From positions 67,833-131,832 of the forward strand of contig JAFGXD010000090.1 of NCBI GenBank assembly GCA_016936815.1: a DNA stretch of 64,000 nt. The letters are read 5' to 3'. The notes below the pieces were generated by a model that worked only from the letters and a program-made list of their open reading frames with translations, did no database searches and was not told where the DNA came from. Made by a program: the position numbers and the translations under genes. The DNA comes from Bacteroidales bacterium (GTDB lineage: Bacteria > Bacteroidota > Bacteroidia > Bacteroidales > GWF2-38-335). This document shows positions 37,542 to 46,566 of this stretch, piece by piece; the stretch's first letter is position 1, and the number at the start of each line of letters is the position of its first letter.

Positions 37542-38729
37542 TTATTTTTTCAAACAATCTTTTATAAGTTCAAAAGTATTTTCAATATCGTTATCTAAAC
37601 CTACAGAAAATCTTATTAAACCCGGAGAAAGTCCCATTTCTTTTTGTGTTTCTTCAGGAACTTCAGATGATGTTGATTTTCCTGAATTGCTGAAAAGGGT
37701 TTTAAAATAACCTAAACTTACTGCCAAATAGCCAACTCCTGCTTCTTGCATGGCTTCCATAAGTTTGTTTGCCTTTTCCGAAGTTTCTAGGTCAATTGCT
37801 ATCATTCCACCAAAACCAAATTGCGGATTCATTATTTTTTTAAACAGCTCATAATCTTTATGTTCTGCAAGCCCGGGATAATTAACTTTAAGGCCAATTT
37901 CCTTAAATTTTTCAGCTAAATAAATTGCGTTTTTGCTATGTTGCTTCATTCTTAAATGCAGGGTATGAATATTTTTTAAAATTGAAGACGACCTCATTGG
38001 GTCTAAAACCGGACCAAGTAGCATTGCCGTTCCATCGTTAACATTAGACAGCGAATTAATAAAATCTTCGTCTGCACAAATAGCCCCTGCAACACAATCG
38101 TTTTTACCGTTTACAAATTTTGTCAAACTATAAACAACAACATCAGCTCCTAATCGATAAGGACTCACAATCATAGGAGTAAAAGTATTGTCGACTACAA
38201 GTTTAATATTGTTCCTTTTTGCAATTTCTGAAAGAGCGGGAATATCTGAGATTTGCAAAAGAGGATTAGTCATTGTTTCTGTGTAAATAAGCTTTGTATT
38301 GGGTTTTATAGCAGCTTTAACAGAATCTAAATCGGAAATGTTTACAAAAGATACCGAGATATTAAATTTTGGAAGATAGTTTTTTAAGAAAGCATAAGTT
38401 CCACCATAAGTAGTAACAGAGGTAACAATATGGTCGCCGGAATTGCACATTTGCAACAAAGCGCATGTTATTGCTGCCATACCGGAACCTGTAACCCAAG
38501 CAGATTGAGTTCCTTCCATTGCAGCCATTGCATCGGCAAGGTATTTATTAGTGGGATTCCAGTGACGTGAATACAGAAAGCAGCCGGGTGCATGACCTTC
38601 AAAAGTGTCAATCATAGTTTTTGCTTCCAAAAAAGTGTAAGTGGAACTATCGGTTATTGAAGGATTTACGCCTCCAAATTCGCCAAATTGAGACAGCTCC
38701 TGAATGTTTCGTGCGGGATCGTATTTCAT
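37542..38729 (-). CDS. Cys/Met-metabolism PLP-dependent enzyme (methionine gamma-lyase-like)
   Basis: 395 aa. YSRHWNPT, GSGMAAI, and the PLP-lysine motif VYSLTKFVNGKND. The length and motifs fit the trans-sulfuration / MGL family; the exact specificity was not determined. Confidence 0.75.
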   Translation of the reverse strand: MKYDPARNIQELSQFGEFGGVNPSITDSSTYTFLEAKTMIDTFEGHAPGCFLYSRHWNPTNKYLADAMAAMEGTQSAWVTGSGMAAITCALLQMCNSGDHIVTSVTTYGGTYAFLKNYLPKFNISVSFVNISDLDSVKAAIKPNTKLIYTETMTNPLLQISDIPALSEIAKRNNIKLVVDNTFTPMIVSPYRLGADVVVYSLTKFVNGKNDCVAGAICADEDFINSLSNVNDGTAMLLGPVLDPMRSSSILKNIHTLHLRMKQHSKNAIYLAEKFKEIGLKVNYPGLAEHKDYELFKKIMNPQFGFGGMIAIDLETSEKANKLMEAMQEAGVGYLAVSLGYFKTLFSNSGKSTSSEVPEETQKEMGLSPGLIRFSVGLDNDIENTFELIKDCLKK

Positions 38730-38846
38730 GATAATAAGAATTAATGTTCATTCAAAATTATAAAGACTGAAACTATAAATAGGTGTTTTCATCAATATTT
38801 AACAGCAATAATTGTCAAATATTTAAATATTAAAAGTAAATATTAA

Positions 38847-38854
38847 TATATTTG
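38847..38854 (+). promoter_or_regulatory. Candidate -7 box TATATTTG for the Lrp/AsnC regulator gene
   Basis: Exact TAnnTTTG match 28 nt upstream of ATG 38883, within the divergent intergenic region shared with the PLP-enzyme gene. Confidence 0.4.
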
Positions 38855-38882
38855 CAAATATTAACATTTTGAATTAACAAAA

Positions 38883-39353
38883 ATGAACAAAAACTTTCAA
38901 ATTGACAGTCTGGATAAAAAAATTCTTTCGATACTATCTAAAGACGCACGAATTCCCTTTCTGGAAGTAGCCCGATTATGCAATGTAACTGGTTCTGCAA
39001 TTCATCAGAGAGTTCAAAAACTTAGAGAAGAAGGTGTAATTTCAGGTTCAAAATTTATTATTGAGCCGAAAGGATTGGGATATACTACATGCGCTTATCT
39101 TGGTGTTCAGGTAAATCTTACTTCAGTTAGGTCTCACGATTATGTCTTCGAACAAATTGTTAAAATTCCTGAGGTTGTTGAGTGTCACCATATTTCCGGA
39201 AAATATTCTTTATTGCTTAAGGTTTATACCAAAAGTAATGAGCATTTAAAAAATATTATTGTTGAGAAAATACAGTCAATTATTGAAGTTGTTAGCACAG
39301 AGACATTTATTTCCCTTCAAGAGGGATTTACAAGAGATTTGCCTAATGAGTAA
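38883..39353 (+). CDS. Lrp/AsnC-family transcriptional regulator
   Basis: 156 aa. N-terminal HTH (LDKKILSILSKDARIPFLEVARLCNVTGSAIHQRVQKLREEGVI) plus a C-terminal RAM/AsnC_trans_reg domain. Confidence 0.9.
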   Translation: MNKNFQIDSLDKKILSILSKDARIPFLEVARLCNVTGSAIHQRVQKLREEGVISGSKFIIEPKGLGYTTCAYLGVQVNLTSVRSHDYVFEQIVKIPEVVECHHISGKYSLLLKVYTKSNEHLKNIIVEKIQSIIEVVSTETFISLQEGFTRDLPNE

Positions 39354-39478
39354 TTTTTAGACAGGTAAAAATACCCTTTTATTATTAGAGACAAACCACC
39401 CTAAGAATTCAGGCTAAAAAACTCTTGAGAACTATTCCTTTTGCTTATAATTTTACACTATTACCAAATTTTAAGAAA

Positions 39479-39934
39479 ATGAAATATTTTGTCCTTATCT
39501 CGATATTGTCTTCAAGCCTTTTATTTTATAATAACATTGTAGCTCAATCCATTCTGTTTAAGTCTGATAACAGCATTGTTTCTGTTCAGGATAACCAATT
39601 GAATCCATGTATTAAAAAGATTGAAGCTTTTGAAGCAGAAGGAAAGGTTTACCTGAAATGGATTGTAAACGGAGAAAAAGAAAACTGCTTCTTTTATATA
39701 CAACGTTCAAACGACGGAATAAACTATGAAACAATTGCCCTAAAACAAGCTGTTGGTAATAGTGCAAAATTAGATTTGCTTTACTGTTATACCGATGAAA
39801 AAACTCCTGAAAAAACAACATATTACAGAATTGCACGTTGCTTCAACTGTGGATTGAAATTATATTCAGAACTTGCAATGATTAGTCCTTCTGTAAAAGA
39901 AAACGAAATTAGTCCGGTTTTTGCTGCCGAATAA
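39479..39934 (+). CDS. Hypothetical secreted protein (beta-sandwich/FN3-like by sequence pattern)
   Basis: Start set at MKYFVLISILSSSLLFYNNIVAQ (signal peptide). GKVYLKWIV...FYIQRSNDGINYETI...TYYRI resembles a small FN3-like module. No family assigned. Confidence 0.5.
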   Translation: MKYFVLISILSSSLLFYNNIVAQSILFKSDNSIVSVQDNQLNPCIKKIEAFEAEGKVYLKWIVNGEKENCFFYIQRSNDGINYETIALKQAVGNSAKLDLLYCYTDEKTPEKTTYYRIARCFNCGLKLYSELAMISPSVKENEISPVFAAE

Positions 39935-39958
39935 AAATTTTCGATAAAAAAATTATTT

Positions 39959-41203
39959 CTACAAACTTTCAAGCAATTCTTCTGCTTCAGTTTTTAGTTG
40001 TCCTTTATTTTCTATTATTTCCATAAGTAATTTTTCGGCTTTTTGGTTCTCTCCTGCATCTATGTAAATATTTGCCAAATGCCATTTTGCTTTAATACAA
40101 TACGGATTTTCTTTATTTTCTGCAATCTTCATAAAAATTTCTTCAGCTTTGCTTGTTTCTCCATTAGAAAGGTAAGATAATGCCAAATTAAATGGTTCAA
40201 CCTCTTGGGAAATATTCCCTAAATTATTTTTTTCCTCTTGTAGCGCCTTTTGGTCTAATGGTTCGTAATCACCTTTTCCGGATTCTAATTCTACCTCATT
40301 TTTATCTGCTTGTTCTCCACCAGAAAGCCTAACATTTCTGGTATTAGAACCGGGCTTTTTAGCACTTTCTTTTCTTTTACTTCCTCTATCCTCCCTTTTT
40401 GCAAACAAACCTGCGGTAAAGCCGTCATCAGATTCTTCTATGGCAGTTTTAGGTACATCTTTTTGTTGTTCGTCGGCCACAACAATAGTATAAACAGGCG
40501 TTTCCATATCTTCCGATTTTACATTTGCTGAAACATTTCCACCCCTAGCACCAGAAATCTCCCTTTCTTCTTGTTCTTTAAGTTCAGTTTCGTTTTCAAT
40601 TAATACTTTTGTATCACTTATAGCATCAACAGCATCATAATCAACTAAGGTTCTGCTTGTTTCAGCAATGTTTTTCTTTTCACTTTCCCCCGTCTTCTTA
40701 ATTATGTCTGCTCCTCCCAAGGGTGCCTTTTCAGAAAAGGTTTGATTATTATTCTTCATTGAATCTTCATTTTTTTCCTCTTCTGTTTTTGTAAGTTCTT
40801 GCGCTATTTCTTGATTTTTGGCAGATTCTTCATTTTTTGAAACTAGTTTTTGTTCTTTATTTCTAATATTATTATCCAAAACAAAATATGAAGCAGCTAG
40901 TACAATTACCACGGCAGCAGCCAAATATCTCATTCTTCTGTCGATTCTTATTATTTTTGACTCTCTGTTTTGGGAATTTTTTCTAATTTTTGTATTAATT
41001 TTATTAATCTGTGTCTCTGCCATTGCTCTAGAGCCCACCAATTCAATGCCTTCAAGCATATCGGAGCACATTTCGCAATCGGCCAAATGCAATTCGAATT
41101 TACGAATTTCTTCAGCAGAGAGTTTTCCTTCAAGGTATGAATAAAAAGCCTCTGTAGGTGGACATTCGCCTTTGCTGAAGATAATATGTTGTTTCTTGTT
41201 CAT
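39959..41203 (-). CDS. Anti-sigma factor: zf-HC2 N-terminal domain, one TM helix, long charged linker, C-terminal TPR-like domain
   Basis: H-x3-C-x2-C motif (HLADCEMCSDM). TM helix YLAAAVVIVLAASYFVL. A K/E-rich low-complexity region. C-terminal TPR-like helices (KAEEIFMKIAENKENPYCIKAKWHLANIYIDAGENQKAEKLL). The ATG overlaps the sigma-factor stop (ATGA). Confidence 0.75.
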   Translation of the reverse strand: MNKKQHIIFSKGECPPTEAFYSYLEGKLSAEEIRKFELHLADCEMCSDMLEGIELVGSRAMAETQINKINTKIRKNSQNRESKIIRIDRRMRYLAAAVVIVLAASYFVLDNNIRNKEQKLVSKNEESAKNQEIAQELTKTEEEKNEDSMKNNNQTFSEKAPLGGADIIKKTGESEKKNIAETSRTLVDYDAVDAISDTKVLIENETELKEQEEREISGARGGNVSANVKSEDMETPVYTIVVADEQQKDVPKTAIEESDDGFTAGLFAKREDRGSKRKESAKKPGSNTRNVRLSGGEQADKNEVELESGKGDYEPLDQKALQEEKNNLGNISQEVEPFNLALSYLSNGETSKAEEIFMKIAENKENPYCIKAKWHLANIYIDAGENQKAEKLLMEIIENKGQLKTEAEELLESL

Positions 41204-41778
41204 ATTTGTTTTTCCATTAAAATCTTCAAATTTCTTTTACCATTCTGAATAAAACTCTTAACTTTTTTTAAGTCGAAGCCTGTTAATTCCGCAACCTCGT
41301 TATACGACTTATCTTCTAAATAAAACAGCTTTATACATTGTTTTTGTTCTTCATTTAATTGATTAATGGCTACTTCAAGTTTTTCAAGTTTTATTTCTTT
41401 GTCTTGTTCATTATCATGATACATTTCCTCACCATTTTCCATAAACAGATGAAGTTCGTTTTTATACTGTTCTTGAAATTTCTGCTTGTACTTCTCAGAT
41501 CGTAGGGTAAGCAGACAATGATTTCTGGACACAACATGAAGCCATGGTTTAAATTTTTCTACCTTGTGTTCTTTAAGGTCGGTAAAAAGTTTCTCGAAAA
41601 TAAGCATTACCGCCTCGCTTGCATCGTCGGAATTGTGTAGGTACTTCATGCAAACGTAGAAAACAAAATCAGTATGTCGTTCGAACAAAATGCCAACAAT
41701 AGATTTATCGCTAGTTTTGCGATATTTTTCTATTAACTCACTATCTGTTAATTTATGTGCGTTTTTAAATCCAAACAT
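41200..41778 (-). CDS. ECF-type RNA polymerase sigma-70 factor
   Basis: 192 aa. Region 2 (DASEAVMLIFEKLF...FKPWLHVVSRNHCL) and region 4 HTH (QKQCIKLFYLEDKSYNEVAELTGFDLKKVKSFIQNGKRNL). Translationally coupled to the anti-sigma gene. Confidence 0.85.
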   Translation of the reverse strand: MFGFKNAHKLTDSELIEKYRKTSDKSIVGILFERHTDFVFYVCMKYLHNSDDASEAVMLIFEKLFTDLKEHKVEKFKPWLHVVSRNHCLLTLRSEKYKQKFQEQYKNELHLFMENGEEMYHDNEQDKEIKLEKLEVAINQLNEEQKQCIKLFYLEDKSYNEVAELTGFDLKKVKSFIQNGKRNLKILMEKQI

Positions 41779-41842
41779 TTTAAAAAAAGAGGCATTTTGT
41801 ATGCGAAGATAATGGTTTTAAATACAATACTTCTCTTCTCCC

Positions 41843-41873
41843 TTTGCAAATTTCACTATTAATTTTATATTTG
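41843..41873 (+). promoter_or_regulatory. Canonical Bacteroidota promoter TTTG-N19-TATATTTG upstream of the first TPR-PP2C gene
   Basis: TTTG at 41843-41846 and TATATTTG at 41866-41873 with 19-nt spacing. It lies about 85 nt upstream of ATG 41958. Confidence 0.55.
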
Positions 41874-41957
41874 CATAACAAGTATTGTTTATATTAGATT
41901 AGGATTGCTTTCATAATTTAATATAACGCTGTTTTTTGCCCATTTTGGTTTTTAAAT

Positions 41958-44180
41958 ATGAAAAAGATTCAAATAATTGTTTTTTCACTTTTTTACCTTT
42001 ATAATTATTCTCAAAATAGGGAATTAGACTCGTTGCAAAACTTATACAATAACACCGAAATTGATTCAGTTAAAATAGAGCTGTTAAATGAGGAAATAGG
42101 ATATTTTTATGAACGCAATAATCCGGACTCTGCAATTTATTATTACGAAAAATCAATAGAAATGGCGAACAGTCATTTGAAAAATATTGACAAAAAACCT
42201 AGCAATGAACAATTAACCTATTTAAAACTTAAAGCAAATGCATTACGATATATAGGAATAGTATATTATGAAAAGGGAACTTACGATAAAGCAATAAAAA
42301 ATGTACTGGAATCTTTAGGAATTTATGAAGGTATTATTGGGAATACAAAAAATAAACAAATTATTATTGATGCAAAAAACGGTCAAACTTACTGTTTTAT
42401 TCCCTTAGGAAATATTCATTACGATCAAAGTAGTTTCGATAAAGCACTCGAATACTATACAAAAGCACTAAGAATACATGATGAATTAGGAAATGTTCAG
42501 CCTAAATCCGGTTGTAATGTTAATATTGGAAATGTGTATTTTGAGAAAAAACAACTTGATAAAGCGTTGGAATTCTATTTTAAAGCGTTGGAAATAGCTG
42601 AATCTTTAGGTGATAAAAAATCTATGTCGAAATGCTATAATAATATTGCCAATGTATTTTCCTTACAGAACAAATTTGAGAATGTAATAGAGTATTATTC
42701 TAAATCTTTGAAAATTAAAGAAGAAACATCCGACAAGCATGGTGTTGCTATGGTAAATACAAACCTTGCCGAATTATATGTAAGAATGGCAGATTCACTT
42801 TACGAAAAAAACAATCCGGCAAAGAGACTTGAAGCTCTAAATCTTGCAATAGAACATGGCAAAAGAGGTTTAGAAATAGCTAAAGAAATAGATGCTCTCC
42901 CATTAATAAATCCTTCGGCAAGTGCTATAATGAGAGCTTACAAAAGATTAGGAAACTTTTCGGAGGCATTTAAATATGCTGAAATATATATGGAAAGCAA
43001 GGATAGCATGTTTCAGGATGAAAAAATAAAATCGATTTCCGATGCTGAAAAACGTTTCGAAACAGAAAAAAAGCAATTAATGATTGACAAGCTAAATCAG
43101 GAAAAAGAAATAAATGAATATGAATTGTTAGTACAAAAAGAACAAGCCGACCGTCAGAATCTATTTATATGGTTTATTATTTCCGGTTTGTTGCTTATGG
43201 TTGTTTTTGCTGTATTTATTGTAAACAGACTAAGAATTACACGTAAACAGAAGAAAATAATTGGATTACAAAAAAAGGTGGTCGATGAAAAGAATATTCG
43301 TTTAAACCAACATATAGAAGAAATAAGTGCACAACGCGATGAAATTGAAGCCCAAAGAGATTTGCTTGAAGTTCAAAATCAACACATTGAATATCAAAAG
43401 CAAAGAATAACAGACAGTATTAATTATGCCAAAAGAATTCAAGAAGCAGTTTTGCCAACCGGTGAATATGCCAACAGAATTTTAGGTGAACATTTTATTT
43501 TATTTAAACCAAAAGATATTGTTTCTGGAGATTTTTATTGGGCAACCAGAATAAATAATTTTCTTATTGTTACAGTAGTAGATTGCACAGGACATGGAGT
43601 TCCGGGAGCTTTCATGAGTATGCTGGGCGTATCTTTTCTCAACGAAATTGTTAGAAAAAAAGAAGTTACTAAAGCATCTGATGTTCTCGATAGTTTAAGA
43701 AGTTCAATAATTGAAGCTCTGCAGCAAAAGAAAATGCTGATGCATAACAGTAGAGTTTCTTTAAGTGTAAAAGATGGTATGGATTTGGTATTATGTGTTT
43801 TAGATATTAATACAAAAATTCTGGAATTTGCCGGCGCCAATAATCCCCTATATATTGTAAAAACCAATAAAGAATTAATTGAATTATTGCCAGATAAACA
43901 ACCGGTTGCCATTTACGAAAAAATGAAACCTTATACTAACAATACCATTCAACTGGAAAAAGGAGATGCTGTTTATTTATGTACAGATGGTTTTTCTGAC
44001 CAGTTCGGGGGAGAGAAATGCAAGAAATTTATGGCTAAAAACCTAAAAGTATTATTTGTAGAAATTGCTGAAAAGTCTATGCAAGAACAAAATGTCATTC
44101 TTAATGATACCTTTAATAAATGGAAAGGAGATACCGACCAAATTGATGATGTTACAATTTTGGGATTAAGAATAGAATAA
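41958..44180 (+). CDS. Sensor phosphatase: signal peptide, extracytoplasmic TPR array, TM helix, heptad signalling helix, SpoIIE/PP2C domain (paralog 1)
   Basis: 740 aa. TM helix LFIWFIISGLLLMVVFAVFIV. Heptads HIEEISA/QRDEIEA/QRDLLEV/QNQHIEY/QKQRITD. PP2C motifs VSGDFYW, DCTGHGVPGAFMSMLG, KDGMD, TDGFSDQFGG, QIDDVTILGL. Confidence 0.85.
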   Translation: MKKIQIIVFSLFYLYNYSQNRELDSLQNLYNNTEIDSVKIELLNEEIGYFYERNNPDSAIYYYEKSIEMANSHLKNIDKKPSNEQLTYLKLKANALRYIGIVYYEKGTYDKAIKNVLESLGIYEGIIGNTKNKQIIIDAKNGQTYCFIPLGNIHYDQSSFDKALEYYTKALRIHDELGNVQPKSGCNVNIGNVYFEKKQLDKALEFYFKALEIAESLGDKKSMSKCYNNIANVFSLQNKFENVIEYYSKSLKIKEETSDKHGVAMVNTNLAELYVRMADSLYEKNNPAKRLEALNLAIEHGKRGLEIAKEIDALPLINPSASAIMRAYKRLGNFSEAFKYAEIYMESKDSMFQDEKIKSISDAEKRFETEKKQLMIDKLNQEKEINEYELLVQKEQADRQNLFIWFIISGLLLMVVFAVFIVNRLRITRKQKKIIGLQKKVVDEKNIRLNQHIEEISAQRDEIEAQRDLLEVQNQHIEYQKQRITDSINYAKRIQEAVLPTGEYANRILGEHFILFKPKDIVSGDFYWATRINNFLIVTVVDCTGHGVPGAFMSMLGVSFLNEIVRKKEVTKASDVLDSLRSSIIEALQQKKMLMHNSRVSLSVKDGMDLVLCVLDINTKILEFAGANNPLYIVKTNKELIELLPDKQPVAIYEKMKPYTNNTIQLEKGDAVYLCTDGFSDQFGGEKCKKFMAKNLKVLFVEIAEKSMQEQNVILNDTFNKWKGDTDQIDDVTILGLRIE

Positions 44181-44228
44181 TAATCATTAAAAGAATAGCT
44201 AATAATTAGAAATTCTTATGTTTGTATT

Positions 44229-46490
44229 ATGAACAATTTTTTCCTTGTCCTAATATTATGTGTTTTTCTTTTGAAAACCGGAATCTCTCAAACAAAGAAA
44301 ATTGATAGCTTGACCAATCAAATAGAAATTCTACCTTCCGGTGCCGAAAAAGTGGATACCTACATCAGACTTTTTCATGTTTATAGAGACATTAATACCG
44401 ATTCCGCTATTTTTTGCATTGAAAAAGCTGAAAATGAAGCAAAAAAAATTAACAATCCAAAAAAAATAGGGGATGTTAAACTAAACTACGGTATTTTATG
44501 TCGCTATACCAATGAATTCGATAAATCGGAAAATTACTATCTTGAAGCAATTGACATCTATAGAAAACATGCTGATTCTTTGGGTGTTTCATCAGGATAT
44601 AATAATTTGGGTTCACTTATGGCCGATTTGGGAAAGTTTTCTGAAGCTCTAAACTATTATCTTTCTGCTTTGCGAATTGATGAAAGTTTGCAAGACTTAG
44701 GTAATCTGGCTAATTCTTATAATAATGTTGGACTTATTCATTACAATTTGGAAAACTATGACAAAGCAATGGATTATTATCTAAAATCCTTAGATGTAAG
44801 AAAACAATTGGGCGACACCTTAGAATTTGCTCTTATTTACAACAACATAGGAATTTTATACTATTTCGAAGAAAAATACGAAAAGACATTGCAATATTTC
44901 AATATGGCTTTGGAAATTTGGGAACGTTACGGAAGAAAACGAAGAATGGCAATGCCTTTATATAATCTTGCAGAACTTTATATGGAGCTTTTTCAGTATA
45001 AAGAAGCTCTAAGCAATATTCAAAAAGCTACTACTATTAACGAGGAATTATGCGACAGCTTTGAGCTAATTTCTAATTATAATTTAATGGCTGAAATATA
45101 TCAGAAACGTAAAGACTACAAGAATGCAGAAATAAACTATCTTAAGGCTCTTGAACTTACTAAAGTAACAAAATCATTTGCTGAAATACATGCTGTTTAC
45201 GGCAAAATATCCGATTTTTATGAGGAGACAGGAAACCCCGGAAAAGCTTTGAAATTTTTTAAGGAATATCATGCTCTTAACGATTCCATTTTTAACCTTA
45301 AATCTACTGAGGCTATGGCAAAAATGCAAGCCGAATACGATAGAGATAAAAAACTGCTTTTAAAAGATGCTCAAATTAAGCAACAAGCTGTAGAGAAACA
45401 AAAAATGCAGGCCGAAAAGGCTAAACAACAAACAATTAACATATTTCTAATTGTAGGTCTGGGATTGGCTTCTGTGTTGGGAATTGTAATTTTTATGAAC
45501 TATAAGCGAAAAAAACGCGACAATTTGGTTCTAACCCTAAAGAACGAAGAAATAAGACAACAAAAAGAAGAAATTGAAGCCCAAAGAGATGAAATTGAGT
45601 GTCAAAGAGATGAGATTGAAATTCAGAGAGATAGTGTAATGGCTCAAAGAGATTTAATATCTAAGCAAAAAAAATCTTTAGACGACAGTATTGTATATGC
45701 CGAAAGAATTCAAAGGGCTTTATTACCATCCCGGGAAATGCTTAAAAAGGAATTCGAAGACTATTTTATTAGCTTTTTGCCCAGAGATGTGGTTTCAGGA
45801 GACTTTTATTGGAGTACAAGAATGGGAAAAAGCCTAATTATTGCTGCCGCAGATTGTACAGGACATGGAGTTCCGGGAGCATTAATGAGTATGTTAGGTA
45901 TTTCTTTTCTTAACGAAATTGTTAACGGTTATGGAATACAAAAAACTAACGAAATAGCTAACAGATTAAGAGAAATGGTAATTCAGGCATTAAAACAAAA
46001 AGAGCTTGATTCTACACAAAAAGACGGAATGGATTTAGCAATTGTTAACATTAATATGGAAACCCTTAGCTTAAGTTTTACCGGAGCAAACAATCCACTT
46101 TATATTATCAGCAATAATTCAAGAACCGACTTGGAAAAATATAAATCGGCAGAACTTCAAGATGTTGCACTTTACGAAATTAAAGGAGATAAAATGCCTG
46201 CAGCAATTCATGTTGTTATGCAACCTTTTAATTCAACAAATATTAAAATTTTTAACGGCGATAGTGTTTATCTATTTTCCGATGGATTTGCCGATCAGTT
46301 TGGAGGAGAAACTATTAATGGAAAGAAATTCAAATATAAAGCCTTCAAAGATTTACTTCTAAAAATTAATAATAAACCTATGTGCGAACAAAAAGAAATT
46401 ATTGAAAAAACTTTTTTTAATTGGAAAGGAGCTTTCATGCAAATGGACGACTTACTGGTAATGGGAATTAGAGTCTTTTCCAAAAAATAA
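44229..46490 (+). CDS. Sensor phosphatase TPR-TM-signalling helix-SpoIIE/PP2C (paralog 2)
   Basis: 753 aa with the same architecture. It has six heptads (QKEEIEA QRDEIEC QRDEIEI QRDSVMA QRDLISK QKKSLDD). PP2C motifs VSGDFYW, DCTGHGVPGALMSMLG, KDGMD, SDGFADQFGG, QMDDLLVMGI. Confidence 0.85.
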   Translation: MNNFFLVLILCVFLLKTGISQTKKIDSLTNQIEILPSGAEKVDTYIRLFHVYRDINTDSAIFCIEKAENEAKKINNPKKIGDVKLNYGILCRYTNEFDKSENYYLEAIDIYRKHADSLGVSSGYNNLGSLMADLGKFSEALNYYLSALRIDESLQDLGNLANSYNNVGLIHYNLENYDKAMDYYLKSLDVRKQLGDTLEFALIYNNIGILYYFEEKYEKTLQYFNMALEIWERYGRKRRMAMPLYNLAELYMELFQYKEALSNIQKATTINEELCDSFELISNYNLMAEIYQKRKDYKNAEINYLKALELTKVTKSFAEIHAVYGKISDFYEETGNPGKALKFFKEYHALNDSIFNLKSTEAMAKMQAEYDRDKKLLLKDAQIKQQAVEKQKMQAEKAKQQTINIFLIVGLGLASVLGIVIFMNYKRKKRDNLVLTLKNEEIRQQKEEIEAQRDEIECQRDEIEIQRDSVMAQRDLISKQKKSLDDSIVYAERIQRALLPSREMLKKEFEDYFISFLPRDVVSGDFYWSTRMGKSLIIAAADCTGHGVPGALMSMLGISFLNEIVNGYGIQKTNEIANRLREMVIQALKQKELDSTQKDGMDLAIVNINMETLSLSFTGANNPLYIISNNSRTDLEKYKSAELQDVALYEIKGDKMPAAIHVVMQPFNSTNIKIFNGDSVYLFSDGFADQFGGETINGKKFKYKAFKDLLLKINNKPMCEQKEIIEKTFFNWKGAFMQMDDLLVMGIRVFSKK

Positions 46491-46566
46491 AACCTTATTA
46501 GTTTTAACCCGTAAACGGAAAAGTTTGAAACGAATTAATGGTATTATTGCCTAAGAAAACTAAAAT

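Noticed and set aside
43535-43912. 125-aa antisense ORF over the PP2C domain of paralog 1, with a similar one at 48126-48413 over paralog 3
   Set aside because: Both lie opposite the most conserved catalytic segment. Their similarity to each other is explained by conservation of the sense strand, not by independent coding.
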